Source: an uncultured Pseudomonadales bacterium (GTDB taxonomy: Bacteria; Pseudomonadota; Gammaproteobacteria; Pseudomonadales; CAYWUD01). Taken from it: 32,564 nt of DNA. Shown piece by piece: positions 29,102 through 32,564 of this stretch. The stretch spans positions 1 to 32,564 of the forward strand of contig CAYWUD010000001.1 in assembly GCA_964461355.1 (NCBI GenBank), written 5' to 3'. The notes below the pieces were generated by a model. That model worked only from the letters and a program-made list of their open reading frames with translations. It did not search any database and was not told the DNA's origin. Positions within the stretch are counted from its first letter, which is position 1. Each line of letters opens with the position of its first letter. A program made the position numbers and the translations under genes.

Positions 29102-29399
29102 CTGCGCTTCTCCCATCATCGCTGTGCGCCTGTTCGCTGCGCGAATAAACCAGCGAGGCCGCCAGTACACCCGGCATCCGCTGCATACGATCAAAGGTCT
29201 GGCCAAGCAGCTGCTGGCCCGGCAGTTCCTCGATGGTCACGGCCAGACGTCCGGCGCCATCCTCGGCGCCGAGTTCCACACCGGGCAACGCGGCCAGAGC
29301 CGTTGCAACCGCCGCCTGCTGCTCGGGGCGGGTCATGACCAGCACGCCGGCAACCGTATAGAGCGCCGCATCCTGCTGCGGCCGGGATACTGTTTTCAT
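29094..29399 (-). CDS. napD: NapA chaperone NapD
   Basis: About 101 aa from ATG 29399 ([27 protein letters not shown]...[17 protein letters not shown]...[11 protein letters not shown]). Small size, ferredoxin-like pattern, and an 8-nt overlap with the napA start are typical of napD. The start choice is uncertain. Confidence 0.8.
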   Translation of the reverse strand: MKTVSRPQQDAALYTVAGVLVMTRPEQQAAVATALAALPGVELGAEDGAGRLAVTIEELPGQQLLGQTFDRMQRMPGVLAASLVYSRSEQAHSDDGRSADE

Positions 29400-29514
29400 C
29401 GCGTCTCCGAGATTGTGCCCGCCATCAGGGGCTGTCGAATGAAAAACAGTATGGACAGAATTTGTACCGGCACAGGCGCACAGAACATGCATCGGGAATG
29501 AAACAAGCGCGCAG

Positions 29515-29528
29515 ATGACCTGCATCAA
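29515..29528 (-). promoter_or_regulatory. Candidate Anr/Dnr/FNR-type box upstream of napD
   Basis: The minus strand reads TTGAT-GCAG-GTCAT. That is 9/10 to TTGAT-N4-GTCAA and 8/10 to TTGAT-N4-ATCAA. It is centred about 122 nt upstream of the napD ATG in the 225-nt divergent intergenic region, next to a 9-nt A/T homopolymer (29537-29545). Confidence 0.4.
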
Positions 29529-29624
29529 GTCTGTGTAAAAAAAAACCAGCCACGTCGGCAAAGAAGAAAAACGGGTCTAGGCTCGATACACCCTGTTCAC
29601 ATTCAAGCGACGGAGCATTCGATC

Positions 29625-29837
29625 ATGGGCACCCGGCTCAACCCCCATCTGCTGATTCTCGATATTCTCGGCACCGTGCTGCTCGCTGTAGGACTCGCGG
29701 AACTGGTGGCGGGTCTGGCGCTGATTCCGGCGCCGCTGCGCTTTACCGGCGCCCAGTGGATCTGCGTTATCCTTGGCATCCTGCTGCTGCTGCCGCTGCC
29801 GGTCTCGCTGGTCAAGCGCGCCCAGCAACAGCGCTGA
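29625..29837 (+). CDS. Small two-helix membrane protein, DUF1418 (YbjC)-like
   Basis: 70 aa: MGTRLNPHLLILDILGTVLLAVGLAELV...WICVILGILLLLPLPVSLVKRAQQQR. GGAG lies 9 nt upstream. The N-terminal LLILDILGTVLLAV resembles E. coli YbjC VLILEFIGMMLLAV (recollection). Confidence 0.55.
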   Translation: MGTRLNPHLLILDILGTVLLAVGLAELVAGLALIPAPLRFTGAQWICVILGILLLLPLPVSLVKRAQQQR

Positions 29838-29880
29838 TGCCGGCCGCAGAGCCTGCCCGTTACCCACACAGGATCATCCG

Positions 29881-30138
29881 ATGCGCACAACAAAACCGCT
29901 CCTGGCTACCACTCTGACGCTGCTCCTGAGCGGCTGTACGCAACAGGCCATGCAGCCGTCGCCCGCACCAACCGAAACACCCTGCCCCGAACCCAGGCCG
30001 CAGATCTGCACCATGGATTACCGTCCGGTCTGTGGTCAGGGCTACAGCGGCGAGCAACGCACCTTCAGCAATGGTTGCGCGGCCTGTGGTGACGACAGCA
30101 TGCGCGCCTATATCGACGCGGCCTGCCCCGAAAGCTAA
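29881..30138 (+). CDS. Kazal-type (serine protease inhibitor-like) lipoprotein
   Basis: 85 aa from ATG 29881. Lipobox LLSGC (Cys19). The mature part has exactly six Cys (35, 43, 51, 66, 69, 82). The loop CTMDYRPVCG plus TFSNGCAAC matches the Kazal pattern C-x7-C-x7-C...[YF]-x3-C-x2-C. The track ORF start (29773) overlaps the upstream gene and is rejected. Confidence 0.7.
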   Translation: MRTTKPLLATTLTLLLSGCTQQAMQPSPAPTETPCPEPRPQICTMDYRPVCGQGYSGEQRTFSNGCAACGDDSMRAYIDAACPES

Positions 30139-30145
30139 GAGGCGG

Positions 30146-30658
30146 TTATCGGCGGGAGCCCTGGCGCGCAACCACTGCCCGCATCAGTGCAGCGGCTTCG
30201 GTGCCGTGGGCGACCAGCAACACCCGCGTAGGCAGCGGCGCCTGCCAGGCGCCCAGGGTCTGCACCGCAATTTCAGTCGCCGCTTCCAGCGGATAGCCAT
30301 ACACACCGCAGCTGATCGCCGGAAAGGCCAGCTCGGCGCAGCGCTGTTCGGCCGCCAGAGCCAGGCAGTTGCGATAACAGGATGCCAGCAGCGCCGCCTC
30401 TCCGGCGCGGCCACCCCGCCAGACCGGCCCCACCGTATGGATGATGCACTGCGCAGGCAGATCGAAGGCCGGCGTCAGACGTGCCTCGCCGGTCGGACAG
30501 CCCCCCAGTGTGCGGCAGTACTCAAGCAGACGCGGGCCGGCCGCACGATGAATGGCGCCATCGACACCGCCACCGCCGAGCAGGCTGCTGTTGGCCGCGT
30601 TGACGATCGCATCCACCGCCAGACGGGTAATATCCGCCTCGATCACATCCAGTTGCAT
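30146..30658 (-). CDS. ymdB: Macro-domain O-acetyl-ADP-ribose deacetylase (YmdB-like)
   Basis: 170 aa: [59 protein letters not shown]. Collinear with E. coli YmdB. GGAGG SD upstream. Confidence 0.9.
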   Translation of the reverse strand: MQLDVIEADITRLAVDAIVNAANSSLLGGGGVDGAIHRAAGPRLLEYCRTLGGCPTGEARLTPAFDLPAQCIIHTVGPVWRGGRAGEAALLASCYRNCLALAAEQRCAELAFPAISCGVYGYPLEAATEIAVQTLGAWQAPLPTRVLLVAHGTEAAALMRAVVARQGSRR

Positions 30659-30670
30659 ATCGGCCTCCGC

Positions 30671-31477
30671 TCAAGGCACCACGACATCATCCACCGGCAC
30701 ATAGACGCCCGGGGCCAGCTGCTCGAGCAGCGGGTACAGCCGCTCCTGCTGGTACTGACTGAGTTCGCCCTGAGTCGCCATCCGCCCCAGTGCGGCCAGC
30801 ACCTGCGGATGGCGCCCGGCATGACGCTCCAGGCTCCAGAGCACCAGCCCCTCGAGCTGTCTGGCCTGTTCCCGGGCCTGAGCCGGACTCTGCAGCGGCT
30901 CGGCTGACAGGGAACCGAGCGGCTGCTCCGGCGTATTGGGCAGCATCGCCACCAGCTGCTGCACCAGCGCCCAGTCGCCGGTGGCATAGAAACGGTGCCA
31001 GAGGCTCTCGAGCTGCTCGGCCGTGTGCAGCGGCGGGGCAAGCAAGGCTGGCGGTGCCAGCGCCAGCAGCGCCGGACGATGCTCGCTCAACCAGGCGCGT
31101 GCCGCTTCAGTGTCGGCGCGCCAGAGCGCCAGTTCCAGGGTTTCACGATCCGCTTCGGGAAGGTCCGCCAACGCATTCATCCACCCATCCAGCAGGGTAC
31201 CGTGTTGCGCCAGCAGGCTGGCGAGAAAGAGCTGCATCGCCAGATGGCGCTCCGGGGCGCTGAGTGCACCGCTGGCGGCAAGCCTGTGCACCTGCAGCAC
31301 AAAGTGCTGCGGCTCGGGCTGTTCGTAATAGAACTCGAGCCAGTGTTCGGCGGGACGCTCCGGCGCACCGGCAACAGGCGCGTCGGCCAGCACCGGACTT
31401 GAGAAAAACGGCAGCAGCAACAGCGCCCACGCGACAACACGCAGCGCCTGAATACAGGCGATCAGAGATCCGTTCAT
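30671..31477 (-). CDS. Exported alpha-helical protein of unknown function
   Basis: 268 aa. Signal peptide ...AWALLLLPFFSSPVLA/DAP. The rest is Leu/Ala/Glu-rich and predicted helical. Its stop is 12 nt before the ymdB start, suggesting an operon. I recognise no family motif. Confidence 0.6.
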   Translation of the reverse strand: MNGSLIACIQALRVVAWALLLLPFFSSPVLADAPVAGAPERPAEHWLEFYYEQPEPQHFVLQVHRLAASGALSAPERHLAMQLFLASLLAQHGTLLDGWMNALADLPEADRETLELALWRADTEAARAWLSEHRPALLALAPPALLAPPLHTAEQLESLWHRFYATGDWALVQQLVAMLPNTPEQPLGSLSAEPLQSPAQAREQARQLEGLVLWSLERHAGRHPQVLAALGRMATQGELSQYQQERLYPLLEQLAPGVYVPVDDVVVP

Positions 31478-31651
31478 AACCAGTTCCTTTGAGGTTCCGA
31501 CCCTCGGCAGAGCCTATCAAGCATAGCCAGCCACCTGCACCGTCAAACCCGACCCTATCCTGTTTTTTAGAACATCAGCTTCGCTTTAATGCGATTTTTT
31601 CTTCCGTGCCAGCCGATAGACTGAACCTTGTAGCACTTCAGGAGATGAACC

Positions 31652-32564
31652 ATGGGCATGATGATCGACGGTCAATGGCACGCCAACGAACACGATTTTG
31701 CCACCCATAAGGGCGCCTTTATCCGTGCCGAATCACAGATGCGCAATCAGGTCGTGCCCGCCGGCCATGCCACGACTGAGGATGCATCTGTTGCCGCCGC
31801 CGGTCGCTACCAGCTGTATGTCTCACTCGCCTGTCCCTGGGCCCACCGCACCCTGATCATGCGCACACTCAAGGGACTCGAAGCGCTGATTCCCGTTGCC
31901 GTGGTCAGTCCGGAGATGCTGCAGCAAGGCTGGAGTTTTGCTACAGCCAGCGGCAGCAGCGGTGATCCTCTGTACAACCTCGACTACCTGCACCAGCTGT
32001 ATCGCCGCCATGACCCGCACTACAGCGGTCGGGTGACGGTGCCGGTACTCTGGGACAGACAGCGCGAACAGATCGTCAACAACGAATCGAGCGACATCAT
32101 GCGCATCTTCAACAGCGCCTTCGACAGCCTGACCGGCAACCGGCTCGATTTTTATCCGCAAGCGCTGCGCCCCGAGATCGATCGCATCAATGAGCGGGTC
32201 TACCGCACCATCAACAACGGCGTCTACCGGGCCGGATTTGCCAGCACTCAGGCCGCCTATGAAGAAGCCTGCCGGACACTGTTCGACGCCCTTGACGACC
32301 TCGAACAGCGCCTTCGCCAGCAGCCCTATCTGGCCGGCCCGTGCATCACCGAGGCGGACTGGCGCCTCTTTACCACGCTGATCCGCTTCGATGCCGTCTA
32401 TCACGGCCATTTCAAGTGCAACCTGCGCACCCTGGAAAGCTATCCCGAGCTTTCCAGCTACCTGCGCGCGCTGTACCAGTGGCCGGGCATCGCCGACACG
32501 GTCGACTTCACGCAGATCAAGCGCCACTACTATTTCAGCCACAGCGGCCTCAATCCGAGCCGGA
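31652..32564 (+). CDS. yqjG: Glutathionyl-hydroquinone reductase (Xi-class GST, YqjG-like); 3' end beyond window
   Basis: Absent from the track because there is no stop inside the window. ATG 31652 is preceded by CAGGAGA. Translation: MGMMIDGQWH...RYQLYVSLACPWAHRTLIMRTLKGLE...HYSGRVTVPVLWD...IVNNESSDIMRIFN...TEADWRLFTTLIRFDAVYHGHFKCN. This is collinear with E. coli YqjG, including the CPWA active site. Confidence 0.9.
   Translation, partial: MGMMIDGQWHANEHDFATHKGAFIRAESQMRNQVVPAGHATTEDASVAAAGRYQLYVSLACPWAHRTLIMRTLKGLEALIPVAVVSPEMLQQGWSFATASGSSGDPLYNLDYLHQLYRRHDPHYSGRVTVPVLWDRQREQIVNNESSDIMRIFNSAFDSLTGNRLDFYPQALRPEIDRINERVYRTINNGVYRAGFASTQAAYEEACRTLFDALDDLEQRLRQQPYLAGPCITEADWRLFTTLIRFDAVYHGHFKCNLRTLESYPELSSYLRALYQWPGIADTVDFTQIKRHYYFSHSGLNPSR

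Noticed and set aside
25913-29338. 1141-aa ORF on the plus strand, the longest ORF in the window
   Set aside because: It is entirely antisense to napG and napA, whose products carry unmistakable Tat signals, Fe-S motifs and full-length homology. Its translation is Arg/Gly/Pro/His-rich with no motifs. This is the typical stop-free antisense frame of GC-rich DNA.
29400-29561. In-frame upstream extension of napD (the track gives 155 aa), which might have hidden a napE or napF
   Set aside because: The translation (MPTWLVFFYTDLMQVICALVSFPMHVLCACAGTNSVH...) has no NapF Fe-S motifs and no SD. It covers the promoter region containing the Anr-like box, and NapD-sized proteins start at the MKTV methionine.
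30032-30907. 291-aa plus-strand ORF spanning the Kazal gene 3' end, ymdB and the exported-protein gene
   Set aside because: It is out of frame with or antisense to three better-supported genes and is Arg/Ala-rich with no motif.
31823-32542. 239-aa minus-strand ORF
   Set aside because: It is antisense to the yqjG-type GST. That reading frame, open to the window end and so missing from the track, matches E. coli YqjG almost residue for residue in the conserved blocks.
1-32564. Search by eye for tRNA, rRNA, CRISPR arrays, IS or transposase genes, integrases, phage genes, toxin-antitoxin pairs or defence-type nuclease/ATPase clusters
   Set aside because: None found. Every intergenic region is under about 270 nt and shows only promoters and terminators. 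All long ORFs are accounted for by housekeeping or respiratory genes. A covariance-model scan (tRNAscan-SE, Infernal/Rfam) would be needed to exclude small ncRNAs formally.

Overview
This is a GC-rich (about 60% or more by eye, not computed) gammaproteobacterial chromosomal segment. Its core gene order matches what I recall for Pseudomonas aeruginosa PA4845-PA4856 and PA4931-PA4937. On the plus strand: dsbD (divergent from a partial DUF2333-like gene), aroQ-accB-accC, prmA plus a zinc-ribbon/DUF3426 protein, dusB-fis, and purH-purD followed by a RetS-like hybrid sensor kinase. Convergent on the minus strand: rpsF-rpsR-(membrane protein)-rplI, dnaB, rnr-rlmB and gltS. The last third (about 23.1-32.6 kb) looks more accessory. 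It holds a CigR-like exported protein, an enteric-type periplasmic nitrate reductase operon napDAGHBC and a DUF1418-like small membrane protein. It also holds a small lipoprotein with a canonical Kazal reactive-site loop, a ymdB macro-domain gene paired with an exported helical protein, and a 3'-truncated (window-cut) yqjG-type GST. The nap operon ends in a 49-codon membrane ORF that falls below the ORF-track cutoff. I saw no rRNA, tRNA, CRISPR array, transposase, integrase or prophage genes. I did not find a convincing multi-gene novel system such as a defence island. The most unusual items are the Kazal-type lipoprotein, the untracked small ORF coupled to napC, and the divergent ATP-binding motifs of the RetS-like kinase. 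All family assignments come from motif recognition by eye and recalled reference sequences, not from searches. The many long ORFs antisense to real genes are GC-driven artefacts.
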